From the NCBI RefSeq assembly GCF_006345805.1, contig NC_043009.1:18042001-18106000 (forward strand): a DNA stretch of 64,000 nucleotides. Direction: 5' to 3'. The translations under genes were made by a program, and so were the position numbers. Shown in pieces: positions 25,201 to 37,885 of the stretch. Below the pieces are notes generated by a model. That model did not search any database. It was given only the letters and a program-made list of their open reading frames with translations, and was not told where the DNA came from. Numbering within the stretch: position 1 is the first letter of the stretch; each line of letters starts with the position of its first letter. This stretch comes from Octopus sinensis. Its lineage: Eukaryota.

Positions 25201-25256
25201 ATATAGCGTTAAACTAATACATCTGTTCTTCGTCTCTTTTTTTTGTAAATTCTCAC

Positions 25257-25288
<32 letters not shown>

Positions 25289-25289
25289 T

Positions 25290-25494
25290 ATATAGAGAGT
25301 TCAGTAAAAATTTAGATTCAATTGAATATGGTACTTAAGTTAAAGGCACCAGAATTTGGTATGGTATTATCCATATAATTCAAAATGGAGTGATTATAAT
25401 CAAAATAAGCAACAAGGATATCCAATGATAATGTAGTGGCATGAAACGATCGTACTGCATTACCTTTGGATATCCTTGTTGCTTATTTTGATTT
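25290..25494. mobile_element. PLE pLTR foldback: minus copy 25290-25437, plus partial 25443-25494 containing the GAAAC-GAUC-GUA half-hammerhead
   Basis: Arms 25398-25437 and 25454-25493 are inverted; the outer part matches 14040-14140 in reverse. Confidence 0.75.
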
Positions 25495-25592
<98 letters not shown>

Positions 25593-25849
25593 GACAGATA
25601 TTCTCCGTATAGAATGCACTTCGTAGTGCTCAAGCGATTTAAACGTATGCAGGTAGAGGAGTAAATATAGGGATAGCGCAAATGAGGCAAGTTGATATAT
25701 AAAAAATATTAAATGAACTCTTATTCAAACACTTTTATTTCTGATATTAAGTCTTTTCTGTGTAAGTTGGACCTTTTTATATGTAAACATATTTTGTATT
25801 AAATTTACTTAATATTTTTTTATATATCGACTTGCCTAACTTACTATAA

Positions 25850-27025
25850 CAGATATATAGCTGAAATTTACAGAAAAACAAAAGACGAACAACAAGCTGG
25901 TGTATTATTGTGACGCTCTGGAAAGTAAAAAAGTATCTTACGTTTCAAGCCTACGCTCTTCGACAGAAAGGAATAAGAGAAAATAAACAGAGAGAGGAAA
26001 CAAAAACTTGTGGATTTAGCGGTCAAGCATGGCGACTGTTTAGAAAAAAATGTTTGGAAGAAGATGATGAAAGAGGGGGAGATAATAAAGTATTGGTGAT
26101 CCCAAGACGAAGGTGCGCGTGCATGTATGTGTAAGTGTGTGTGTGGGGGGGAGCTAGTGATTTTGATGTGTGTGGGTTTGTGCGTGTGTGTGTGTTTGTA
26201 ACGTGTGGCTGCTCATATGTGTGGTGACGCTATTAAAGATTGTGTGTGGATAATGCTATGTCGTGTGGGTGCTGGGATGTGGTCAGTGCTGGTGTGTGTG
26301 CGTGTAGCTGTTCATATAGTGGTATGTGTGATGATGCTATTGAAGATTGTGTGTGGGTGCATGGATGATGGTGTGTGAGTGATTGGGTGATGGTGTGTGG
26401 TGTGGGTGCTGGGAAGTGGCCAGTGCTAGTGTCTGTGGAGTAGTATGAAGTGGTGTGGTGGGGTAGGGGCGTGTGTGTGTGGGGCAGTGTATGGTGTGGG
26501 ATAGAGGTGTGACAGTTGGGTGTGGAAGGGTAGAGTGGTGGTATCAATGAAGAGAGAAGGTGGGTAGGAGTGAAGGGAGGAAGTAGGTGTCAGATGAAAC
26601 AGGAGGGGATGCGAAGTTAAGTTTATGTGATGCAAAGGAGCGAAGAGCGATTAATTCTTGTTCACGGCGAAGACTGGAGTCTGGATAGCCCATGTGCAAA
26701 GGCAGTCCGAACACATACAGGTGTTGTAGTGAATAACCGGTAGAACGAAAATGGCGCGAGACCGGGGTGTCATTGCCGAGTCTGATGTCTCGGAGGTGCT
26801 CCGCGAACCGGTCAGCCAAGCGGCGTCCCGTTTGGCCGATGTACAGGGAAGGGCAGAAAGAGCAGCAGATGCAGTAAATGAGGTCACTAGAAATGCAAGT
26901 AAGGAGTCGGTCATATGATAGAAACGATGATAGGTACCAGTGAGGATGGTGGTGTTGGAGAAGTAGAGGCAAGTACGGCAGCGTAGGCGGGAGCAGAGGA
27001 ATGAGCCAGGCTGGGAGGTGGAGTT
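25850..27025 (-). mobile_element. 5'-truncated PLE: degenerate GIY-YIG endonuclease plus 3' pLTR with hammerhead variant (25935-25970)
   Basis: CSRLRCRTC, LIYCICCSFCPSLYIGQTGRRLADRFAEHLRDI and LRREQELI; pLTR CUUU-CUGUCGA-A-GAGC-GUAG-GCUU-GAAA-CG-UA/AGA. Confidence 0.9.
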
Positions 27026-27073
27026 CTCTCTCTCTCTATATATATATATATATTGAGAGAGAGAGAGAGAGAC

Positions 27074-27193
27074 TACATAAATAAGGGTGCAAAATAGCAC
27101 TTACAATTGCTGGTACTAAGAGCTACGAAATATAACTTGCATAATTCTTATTTCTAGCAATTGTAGATGCTATTTTGCACCCTTATTTATGTA
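27074..27193. repeat. Short inverted repeat (38-bp arms) next to the PLE 5' end
   Basis: tacataaataagggtgcaaaatagcacttacaattgct / agcaattgtagatgctattttgcacccttatttatgta. Confidence 0.85.
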
Positions 27194-27270
27194 TTCTACC
27201 TTTTTGGTTTTTTATTGCTGAGACACCTATATTATAACGTATCATAATATTAATTTATTGTTATAATAGA

Positions 27271-27434
27271 GGCGCAGGAGTGGTTGTGTGGTATGTAGCT
27301 TGCTTACCAACCGCATGATACCAGGTTCAGTCCCACTGCGTGGCACCTTAGGCAAGTGTTTTCTGCTATAGCCTCGGGCCGACCAAAGCCTTCAGAGTGG
27401 ATTTGGTAGACTGAGACTAAAAGAAGCCCGTCGT
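27271..27434 (+). mobile_element. SINE family A, 5' half ending in (TA)n
   Basis: ggcgcaggagtggttgtgtgg...gaagcccgtcgtatata. Confidence 0.88.
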
Positions 27435-27481
27435 ATATATATATATTTAACAATTAAGGATAACCTATTATTATATATATA

Positions 27482-27553
<72 letters not shown>

Positions 27554-29467
27554 GGTGAGAAAGTTGGGTTGTGAAAGTACGTGGTTGGATATATAGAAAA
27601 TAGAAAAGAGCGAAAAAACTACAGAATGCTTGTTTTATAAGGTCAAAGAATATATTTAAGTCGTTATGTTAGAAAAATGTTATAAAATTTTGCATATAGT
27701 AACATAGTTTTTGGAGAAATTACCGGTTTCGTGTTAACTTTTCAAATTTCTCAAATGTCTTTACCTACATCGTGTCATGTTTTCGTTATGCAGTGCAAAA
27801 AAGAGTTCCAGGCAGGGGAGGTTATAAGCGATTTCTTCCGGTATAAGGGAGATAATCGCTTTATATTTCTTTCCCCCTTTTTTAATGAGATGAGTTTCTC
27901 TGTATAAGAATGTTAGGATAGTTAAGTTCAGGCTTATATTTTTCAATGAAGAATGTTTCCTTGTTTAATCTAATTTGTATTGGTGTTGCCGTTTTTTATG
28001 TATAGGATATCAAAAGATTCAGTAAGCTTTTGGCTACCAACTAAACTATATTTTCATTCACTTATTTGCATTGGAAAAATTTAAGATTATCATTTTGCTT
28101 TAGTCACCTATCGTAAACGACATCTTTCACCACTACAACGACGATGACGTCACATTTTCTGTGTTCACGCGTTCGTAACGTAAGTTAGGACGATGACTGA
28201 TAAGTATATGCGTGTGACGGTGTTTGTGTCTGTTTGTATACATACATTTTTGTGGCAACTGACACACACACTTCTAAAGATACAGACAGACACACAGAGA
28301 CAGAGATAGCTTTGAGGTGTGCATTAATGTATGCCTTTGTGTGTGTGTGTCTTAGTATATGTATGTAACTTTCCCTCCACCAAACGGTAAAACGCGCTGA
28401 TATTGAAAGTTACAACGACTAGGTTTCATTAGAAAGTGAAAATAGTTGCACACTTGCAATTTCAACCAGAATTACAGAGTTCGATTACGATACTGACGAT
28501 GTGTGAATAATGAAAATAATGTTTCTCCGAATTAGTCACATCTGTATTATAATAAAAAAAAGTTGCTTAGGTGATCTTTCGTTTTGACTTGAGAAGCTCT
28601 CATCTGCGTTCGTTAATTTCCGTAAAAAAATTCTTATTTACTTTTGTTTTAAAGTGAAAGAGAGGAGAAATGAAAGATATGTGTACGTGTTTATGAAATG
28701 GACGTGTATGTGTGAGAATGAGAGAGAGGAAGGGAGAAAGAGAAAAAGAGGTGAGAAGAAGAGAGAGAGAGGGAGAAGAGAGAGAGAAAAGGAGTGACTG
28801 AAGGGTGTGGTCATGTATACGTACATACATCAATAATATGCATACATCTTTTTTGTATGTACATGTGTGTGCGTGAGAGAGAGAATGAACGCGTGTGTTC
28901 TCATGTATGTCCATTTCATATACACGTTCATACATTTTCCCCTTTCTCCTCTCTTTCATTTTAAGACAAAAATAAATAAATAAAAATTTTTTACTGAAAT
29001 TACAACTTTGAGAATTACAACGAAATATAGCCGCTGCTTATTATCTATCTACCAAATAAACTGTGTTTTTCACTAAACAACTCTTTTTTACAACTAAAAT
29101 AACCTCAGCAACTACGCGGGTCGCACAATTTTGAGGTCATTTTCGGACAATATTTCAATTTGCTTCTAATGTTTCACTTTCGTCCAATGTTACACGCATG
29201 CGTAGAATTCTACTCGAACAAACATTTATGAAGATGTACACATAAATATTGTATTAAAATAAGCCACAACCAAAAAAATGCATTAAAAGGCATCCATTAA
29301 TCAGGAAATACAGTCTCTCTCTCTCTCACGCACAAAAAAGATGTATGCATATGTATTTATGGGTAAATAATACGCACACACGGTGATTAGGGTTAGGGTT
29401 ACGCCGAAACCGGGTGGTGTACGTATCCTTTACTTCTGCCTATTTATGTACGTGTATATGAAAGATA

Positions 29468-29542
<75 letters not shown>

Positions 29543-30326
29543 CAAGTGAGTGACACTGACACATACATGCAAAACAATTCATACATCACAACACACCTTC
29601 ACACACTCTCTCTCTCACTCTCACTCTCTTTTTCTCTCTCTCTTTCCCTCTCTCTCTCTCTCTCTCTATCACACACACACACACATGTCCACTTCATATA
29701 CACGTACATCATTCACTTTTTCCTTTCACTTCAAAGCAAATATCGCTTTTTCCCTTTATCCTCTCTTTCAGTTTCTGCTCTCTTTAAAGCATAAAGAAAT
29801 TCAAAGAATTTTATGGAAATTATTGAACAATCATATGGTCCCATATATGTCGAGTTGACAACTTTGCTTCTTCAAACGAAAGAATGCCATAAAGTAACTT
29901 CCTTTCACACACACGCACTTGCACACTTACATGTATACACACATGCACACACACACACACACACATGCACACTTACACACACTGTAGGTAAAACTTCTGT
30001 GTGGATTATGCTATCTCTTGCAGCGTGCACGAGCAAATTTAAATCTCAAATCCAATTGAAATGATTTTTTTATATTGTGTAATTTGTGTTTGTGACGATC
30101 GTATTTAAAATCCTGATCTTCGATATAAACTCAAAAGAAAGTTTTCTCTGACATCCTGTCCTTTACCGTTTCTTTCTAGCATGTCCGAGGTGACATTTCC
30201 GCTCTCTAGCCTTGTTTTTTCCTAAATCTCTTCCGATTTCTATGTTTGCGAAACACGATATTAGGTTTTCACCCACAAAACACCTTCTCAATATTTTAAT
30301 TTTCTCCCTCTCCACACCAAATTCAG

Positions 30327-30380
30327 TTTTTACTTTTTTCAAATTATTTTTCTTGGTAATCCATGGGGAAAACACAGACG
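30327..30380 (+). CDS. Putative 54-nt phase 1-1 exon (xFTFFKLFFLVIHGENTD)
   Basis: Acceptor ctccacaccaaattcAG, donor GACG|GTATGA, open in this phase; no homology recognised. Confidence 0.25.
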
Positions 30381-30545
30381 GTATGAATCTTTAAGAATTT
30401 TACCCATCACCTCACCACTTTCAAAAACTTATACACTTCCAGTGTTTCACTTTTAGCTTTTTGGAAAACGGGGAAGTTTCTTCTGAAATAATGTCATTTA
30501 CCTGTTGTTTCTTGCATCTGGCATTTTTTAAGTTTTCTATTTCAG

Positions 30546-30590
30546 TAGAATTCTATGCATGCAGGAACCATCAGACAAAAGTGAAAGCGA
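30546..30590 (+). CDS. Putative 45-nt exon (VEFYACRNHQTKVKA if phase 1-1)
   Basis: Acceptor ttttctatttcAG, strong donor CGA|GTAAGT, length divisible by 3. Confidence 0.35.
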
Positions 30591-30939
30591 GTAAGTGATG
30601 TGTGGGCGAGGTGGAGGAAGGGGAATTGAGTGTGTCTTTAAGAAAAATTAAAGATAAAAAAAACTCGAAAAAGTTACAATTTAAGAAATTGCGGTGAGGA
30701 TGGGGGGGGGGAATTAAAATTTTGAAAACGTGATTTCTGGACAGAATCGTAATAAACCCCTTTTATACATTGAAACAATACATAGTTTGTGATCCTTCTT
30801 AAGAACGGAAAGCACTTTCATGCAAACCCATGCAATTTATACCCTCCTCCTTCACTTTTAAACAAACAATAACTTCCATTATGCCACTAGCTATATATCA
30901 GTGGTGTCGATTCTGTCCTGTTATTATTATTATCATTGT

Positions 30940-31250
30940 TTTTTTTTGTATTATTTTTGTATTTATATTCGTGTAACATCGTCCATTTTTCCGTCCTTGT
31001 TTCGTATACATTCGATGCCTTTTTCCAAGGAATCTAATGCTCTTAGCTTAGTTTTTCTTTGGGGTTGGCCAGATTGGAGCAATGTCAAGATTAATCAGCC
31101 GAAATTGCGAGGATGATCCGGTTCTTGACTGAAGATTAAAGGCTTCGAATGACCCGTCCGTGTTTTTTGTATCGTCTATCTGGATGTTCTGTTGTCCCTT
31201 TTTGTATCACCTAGTTGTCCGGATGTTATGCGTTCTTGTCCCATTTTGTA
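30940..31250 (+). mobile_element. Interspersed repeat terminal segment (PLE-pLTR-like), same family as 556-690
   Basis: Homologous to the reverse complement of 556-690; ends in a long (TA)n array at 31250-31410. Confidence 0.6.
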
Positions 31251-31251
31251 T

Positions 31252-31354
<103 letters not shown>

Positions 31355-31360
31355 ATATAT

Positions 31361-31405
<45 letters not shown>

Positions 31406-31849
31406 TATATATTGTTCGCCCTTCCTGGAATTGGTACACACTTCATTCAAAATTATTTTCCTAGGGCAGCATGACGAAATCCCAGGTTGAGCTTGATATT
31501 CTGGTAGTCTACATCGACACCTGTTTCATCTATTTCTACCGCTTCCCTCCAGATCTGTAAGAGCTTCGCAAGATGTTACCTTGACTATAGAGTTGATGTT
31601 GAAAATGAAAGAGAAAGTAAGAAGAGTGAATATATTACTGCTGCTGCTGTTTTTTTATCACTTCTTAGCATACTTCACCAAATCGGTTGAGCTCAGTGGA
31701 ACTTCGTTGCTTCAATATTGATGAATTATCAATGAAACCTGAATCAAATGTTGAAATAGATATAATCAATTGTAACCCTCTTCGCAAATTTCTAGCTTTG
31801 CATCTATGTAAGAAATCATCAGTATCATTATCATTATGAAAGCTAGTTG

Positions 31850-31965
31850 AATCGTTAGGGTATCAGACACAATACCTCACGGTATATAATACAGGTCATT
31901 ACGTTCTGAGTTCAAATCCCACCGAGATCAAGTTTGCTGTTCATCCATCCAGGGTCGATAAATTA
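31850..31965 (+). mobile_element. SINE family B, degenerate
   Basis: gttctgagttcaaatcccaccgagatcaagtttgctgttcatcc...gggtcgataaatta. Confidence 0.7.
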
Positions 31966-33269
31966 GCACTCTCCCCTATGATTGGCTTTCTTTCTATATT
32001 AGAAACTATTATTATTACTGTTATTTAGTCGTAGGAAGAGAAGGAGTAAAATGGCGTATAGCCTCCTATACTGGTGAGGTGGGTTCAGTTGATATAGAGC
32101 TTGAATTGGGGAAATGAAGGACATACAGAAAGTTTTGAAGATGAGTGAATGAGAAAATTGCTAAGTATGTGGTTTGGTGGGTGAGAAACAGTACGGATGA
32201 TGAGAATAGGAGAACAGGACACATTGCATGAATCAAGGTGGCCACGATTTCAGAGCTAATAGCCGAAATAGTCAAAATGCATCCGTGGTGGAGTGTGCTC
32301 CTCGATGAAGTTTTCTAATAAGTTTGCTGAATCGTTTGAGATTAAATGTATAAAATATATTATCCAAATATGTAAACAGTACTCTAATATGCGTCCTATT
32401 TTGCATTGGAACGAGCGAGAAATTTTGCAGAATTGATGCAACGTTGCAAATATGTGGTGGCCATGAGCGATGATGAGAATGTGAGGCTTTTTATTTGTAA
32501 AGATAATTTATGATCTTAAAGAGAGTGAAAAGATATAGATGAGAAACAAGAAATAAACAGAGAACAAATCCAGTCTGACCTCGCTATCAGTGTTTAATCT
32601 CTTTACCTCACACATAAAATTCCTTCCTCTCATTCTCTTCTGGAACAACATCTTATCCATGTTTTCACTTCTTATAACAACTCGAAAAGTTCACTCTAAA
32701 CATAAGTGTATCAATCTCTCGAATATGAGAATAATTCCGCGCAATATCGACACAGTTGCAGTTCTCAAAGTAAATATAAAAACTATAATGTTAAGTTAAG
32801 GACTAATCTTCGGATATATCAGCTTCGTTGTCGTCCTTCTAGTTTCGATATACTGGGCTTCTATTTCTGTATTGGTTTCATAGTAAAGTATCATTGATGT
32901 TTGTAACACATTGAAAAGTTACTGGGGTGGGGGTGGAAGACATTAGATTGGTAGTTAATAAAAGTAAAACAAAGATAAGAATCCAGAATGGGAATATCCT
33001 TGGTGAAGAACTTTAATTATTTAGGTACAATTATATCCGGTAATGGTTTCCTTCACTCGAAACTTCAAGAGAAACTGAAAGAAGGTTGAACAAGCATTGA
33101 AAATGTTGAAACCCGTATAGACTCCAAATAAAATAAAGCAGGTATATATAATATAATATATAATATAATATATAATATATAATATAATATAATATATAAT
33201 ATAATTTTTACGTTACTCTTTGTGCGAACTATTTTAACCTATTCATCACGGGAGTGCCTGAGTGTAAAT

Positions 33270-33720
33270 GGCCGAAGAGCAGCCAACCCCGAGGACAGAG
33301 ACCATTGTAGGAGTGGTAGAAGAAACATAGTGAGAGGACAGCACGTCGGTAAGCCGGGGATTGGAGCCTATTTGTGAGTGATTTATACTAAACACTTGAG
33401 TGGTCTTTCTTTGGATGTAGTCGGGAATGTCTGTGCGTTTAGCAACAGCACCGTCCCAGGTTCGAGATCAGTATACAGTTGTGGCGTCAGAGATCTGTAG
33501 AGCGGTTTGGAGTTGAAATAAAAAAGTAAATCAAATAAAAGATCGAAATAACGCAAAAGTGGAAAATTACGAGATGTCTAGGTCAGCCTATAATAACTGG
33601 TGTCCGATGGATGTAAATTAGCGTTAAGCCTCTGAAAAGTAAAATTGGAGAAACTACTGTGGGTGGTGGTTAAAAATGGAAAGTGACGTTATTAGTGGTG
33701 TTCCGAAATGCGTAGAATGT
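33270..33720. mobile_element. Old LINE remnants: minus-strand Jockey/CR1-like C-terminus (33270-33520) and plus-strand RT fragment (33570-33720)
   Basis: LLYRSL...RRAVLSLCFFYHSYNGLC on the minus strand; WKVTLLVVFR / V.SGVP-like text on the plus strand. Confidence 0.5.
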
Positions 33721-34654
33721 TCTATAAAATATAGAAAACTGAAGATATTCGGAAATAAATCGGTCTGAAATACACTCACAAAAGGTGATTAAACCAACGC
33801 TGAAACGTTGAGGCAATACTAGAAAGGTGCAGACACAGACGAAAATACATCCTAAGATCTTAGTCTAAATTGTCTGAGCAGTACAGCAATACAAACAGCC
33901 GCATCTTGGTACGTTGTTTTCAAGATGTCGACCCTGCACCCCAATCTCTAACCCCTGACTTAATGCCTTATTGCTTGTTCCTCACCATTCACTTCTCTCA
34001 CCTTATCCCCCACACAATACACACTCAATCCATATCTTCTCTATACAGCTGTCCAACGATGCATCTTTTATCTTTGAACCGTCTCGTTACAATCTACACA
34101 CATAGCTATCCATCTCTTTCTCTCACCCTCTCTAGTTTACTGTCTATTTTACGAATATAACTGTTTATCCATCATCTCTCTATTTGAATGTCCATCTTTC
34201 CTTTTATATCTATGTATCTGTCTGTCTGTCGGTCGGTCGGTCAACCAGTCTATCCGTTTGTCTACCAACTGTTTCCTTCTCTGTCCACTTTCCTTGCTTT
34301 TTCTTTTGTTCCCTTTATTCTTTTGCTTTTTGTCTCTCTCTCTCCATGACTTCTGCTTATCTTCCTTTCTTTGTTACTCCCTCCTTTTATATATATTTTT
34401 TCTTTCCTTCTTTGTATTTCTCTGTTTTCCTAACTAGTAAGCAAAAAGATACAGATGTAGGTTATACTCTCTTTCCCATGTTACTGACTGTACTCAGAAT
34501 GTACCAGTCTGTTTAAAAACTTCTGCTGACTTCTGAAAATGTGTGCGTGTTCTCCTCTGTTTTTGATTATTTAAATTCTTCCTCTAAGGAATGAGCTGGT
34601 TTCTAACAAAGATACAAAGTTCCATCGCTGGAATGTAGATAACAAAAGCAACGC

Positions 34655-35045
34655 CACATTTTAAACATGAGAAAAGTCTTGCATATTTTTACTGTTCCAC
34701 TTACTGACTGTATTTGTAATGTGTGAGTTTGTTGGTTGATTTCTTTTTCTGAAAAACCTTGTTTATCTAGATTGTTACTTAGGCATTTACCAACAAAACC
34801 AAGTGCGCCAATTATCATTGGTATAAATATGAATTTATAGTCTGGATATAGAAGCTGGAGGTTTCGAAGCATTTGGCCATGGTTATCCTCTTTCTCCTTG
34901 ATTTTCAAAGATATCTTCACATCAGCAACGCTGCTGACCTCTATGACAGTACATAGATTTTCGTGTCTGCCCCAGACAATATCCTGTTATGTTTACACTT
35001 AACAGATGTTTTGATGAGAATGTTCCACAGGTATTCCTTATGTTA
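34655..35045 (-). mobile_element. Restriction-like endonuclease (RLE) C-terminus of an R4/NeSL-type non-LTR retrotransposon
   Basis: HNR(P)DIVW...CTVIEVSSVADVKISLKIKEKEDNHGQMLRNLQLLYPDYKFIFIPMIIGALG, a PD-(D/E)xK pattern; frameshifted. Confidence 0.8.
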
Positions 35046-35221
35046 ATGTTTGTGTATGTATTCAATAACAGGGGGATTTCTCTCTATTTACTCCAGGACA
35101 GTCCTTTTTTTACCGAATGGCATTATATATTGTTTTTGCGACAACGTCGTATAGCATAGAGAGGTAGCACATATAAATAGCCAAAGCCACACACACACAC
35201 GCATACACATACACGTGCTAT

Positions 35222-35253
<32 letters not shown>

Positions 35254-35349
35254 ACCCGCGCGCACGCACACACCCACACATGCGCATACGTATCTCCTCC
35301 TCTTGCACTCTCCTGTCTTAGAAAGAACTTTTTCTTCACCCATTCCCTT

Positions 35350-35550
35350 CCGGTCATTTCAAAATGTAACCGCGTGTGTATCGTTGGCGATTTTCTTCCT
35401 TCGCCTTCCTTCCTTTGGACTTTCCTCTATTTCTGAAGAAGAGCTTGGCTCGAAATGTTAAATCCTCTTTTCTTTCTTTCCTGAGCGTCTGATAATAGAG
35501 TACATGTACAACGTCCTCGCGTTATTATTTTTTCTTGTTTGGATTCACTA
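35350..35550 (+). mobile_element. Solo PLE pLTR with a short hammerhead (35429-35463)
   Basis: AUUU-CUGAAGA-A-GAGC-UUG-GCUC-GAAA-UG-UU/AAAU; homologous to 14180-14370. Confidence 0.78.
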
Positions 35551-35933
35551 TATACATACATACATACATAAACATGCATAAACATTCCAAACATGTCTCG
35601 TAACACATACATGCGTATATACATGTGTATGCACGTACGTGTGTGTGTATGTGTGTGTGTGGTGTAATTATAGGCTGTGGTCCGACGTCATCCGAGATGA
35701 TAGTTAACTTGTATAATCCTCAGTCTAAGGGAACTGTAATCTAAGATGCAGGGAACTCCAATAATTAAAGTACTCCAATATAAGAGTGTATTACCAGGAT
35801 AGATACAGGAGGTCCGTGGCCACCCAGTAGACAAGCTTCACAGAAGCGTTTTCACCTCGTTTGCTCCTTTTAGTTTTCGTGTTTTATCCATTTATTTTTC
35901 TGTCTCTCGTCTTTCCTCCTCTCGTTAAACCAG

Positions 35934-35977
35934 ACGCCGCCCTCTTCCGTAGAAGGACAATGTCAGAAACGGCATAA
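35934..35977 (+). CDS. Putative terminal coding exon (xAALFRRRTMSETA*)
   Basis: Long polypyrimidine tract plus ccAG acceptor, stop at 35975-35977, AATAAA at 36553-36558. Confidence 0.3.
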
Positions 35978-36400
35978 TTAACTCTTTCCGTTTCTATGAG
36001 CTTGAAACTGATGCTTTAATAGAGAACTTATCTCCTCTCAATTTCTCTATTTTTTTCTCGTTCTTTTATCGCGCGCGCGCGTGTGCGTGTGTTTGTGTGT
36101 GTACCTACATATATTCATATTTTCATAGCCACAGGCACATATATGTATATATAAATGTTCACGCACGTAGAGAAACACTCTCACACACTACTACTACTAC
36201 TACTACTACGACTACTACTACGACTACTATTTATGATCTGTATGCACACGGAACACTTCTAAACAGTCAGAAGTACGAGGTCAGAGTAGAGAAAAAAAAA
36301 TTTTTTAATGACATTGTGATGAGGATATTTAGCCCTCCAGTGGTCACTCTAGGTGGCGTGGGTGTTTCAGTCACCTAGTGACAAAAGTTATTACATGCTT

Positions 36401-36546
36401 CACGTGATAGGCACACAGGGTATTCATGCCATCTAGTCAATTATTCAGTGTGACATTTCAGCGACAACAGTCACCACGTGCAAAAATGGTGGTTTCAGGT
36501 GACTAAAAATCAAACCACGAAAACGTCTTCAGTTTGAAGACACGTG
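36401..36546. promoter_or_regulatory. Cluster of three CACGTG E-boxes
   Basis: CACGTG at 36401, 36475 and 36541 in non-repetitive sequence. Confidence 0.3.
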
Positions 36547-36859
36547 GCATATAATAAAGTGCAAGTCATTTCCAGGTTATCGGCGGGGAAAGGCTTGAAA
36601 TTCATTTCTAGTGCGTATTTGTGGATAACAAGAAGATTGATAGGTCGTTTCTTTTTTTCCCCTACTGACAGGAAGTGTCGGCCGGTATGCAGTTTCTCAT
36701 AGAATCAGAATTGGCATATGCAAATTAGTAAGTAAGGAGGGGGTCCTGTTAAGAATGCTCCAAGTGATGTTGAAGAAGTCGTTTTCTTGCTCCTGAAGTC
36801 TCAAGGAAAGAAACCCGCCCTGTGCGCGCGCGCGTATGTGAGTGTGTGTTTGTATTTGT

Positions 36860-37045
36860 CCTCCACCACCACTTAACAACATGTGTTTGATTGTTCAAGT
36901 CCCCGTAATATAGCGGTTCGACAAGAGACCAATAGAATAAGCACCAGGCTTAAAAAGTAAGTACTGGGTTCGATGTGTTCGTCTAAAACCTTTTGAGATG
37001 ATACTCCAGCATGGGCACAGTCCAATGACCGAAACGAGTAAATGA
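36860..37045 (+). mobile_element. SINE family A, 3' half, degenerate
   Basis: gcggttcgacaagagaccaatagaataagcaccaggctta...ctccagcatgg...aatgaccgaaac. Confidence 0.8.
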
Positions 37046-37885
37046 TGAAAGAAATATGTGTGTATGTATGTGTTTGTATTTATGTGCGTGTGTGTATGTT
37101 CATACGCATGTATATACTTCGGGCAGAAGCCATGAGTAAGCATTCAGTAGAGGTAGTAAGCATTAAGAAGAAAACAATTCCCAACAAAAAGCATTATCTT
37201 TCAGAATGTTTTCGTTTCATTCTTAAACTCTCTTCGCGCAGTTGTACAATATTCACAACTGTAACTTCATATTTTAATTTATATTGTAACGATATTTGAT
37301 TGCTTTTGCAATTTGATGGACACTTATTTCAGAAGAATCCGATGCTCACCGTAGATGTCTATAAACATTGTGGGAATTTCGTTCTACTTTCTGCGATTTT
37401 GCCCGGACGACGCATCATTTTGTCTTTGGTTACAAATATACAAATGATTGTGTTGCCTGCAGAACGAGAGTTTTCTCGGTTGTCACGAACCCAATTTCCA
37501 ATTTCTCTGTATAAATATTCTGTATGGGAAGAGAAATACAGTTTCTATGATGAAATGTTAATAGCTCTGAGACATTACAATACATACATACATACATACA
37601 TACATACATACATACATACATACATACATACATACATACATACATACATACATACATGTATATGGAACTGATAACTTCTACTATTCTTTGCAGTGGATTA
37701 TCATTGTACATTCTCATTTGAAACTGCTAATGGACCTTATCTATAGATTTAATATTTCTTTGATCATCGAACAGCATAACGCATACCTATTTTATACTCT
37801 GACCTTTCCTTCATTTTGACAAACTGGAATGTACTAATATTTCTGGTTGGGGACATTTCTTCATCTTTACATTTCTCTGACTTCT

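Noticed and set aside
29771-29858. Receptor-helix-8-like ORF end (LLSLKHKEIQRILWKLL)
   Set aside because: No upstream transmembrane exons are identifiable; a chance match in AT-rich sequence is plausible.
31400-31560. Minus-strand terminal exon IWREAVEIDETGVDVDYQNIKLNLGFRHAALGK*
   Set aside because: It looks protein-like, but has no recognisable homology or partner exon and overlaps the equally weak plus-strand micro-exon candidate; it cannot be supported.
37330-37465. GPCR TM1-like text on the minus strand (GNTIICIFVTKDKMMRRP)
   Set aside because: An in-frame stop precedes the nearest donor in all phases, and no further TM segments are visible.
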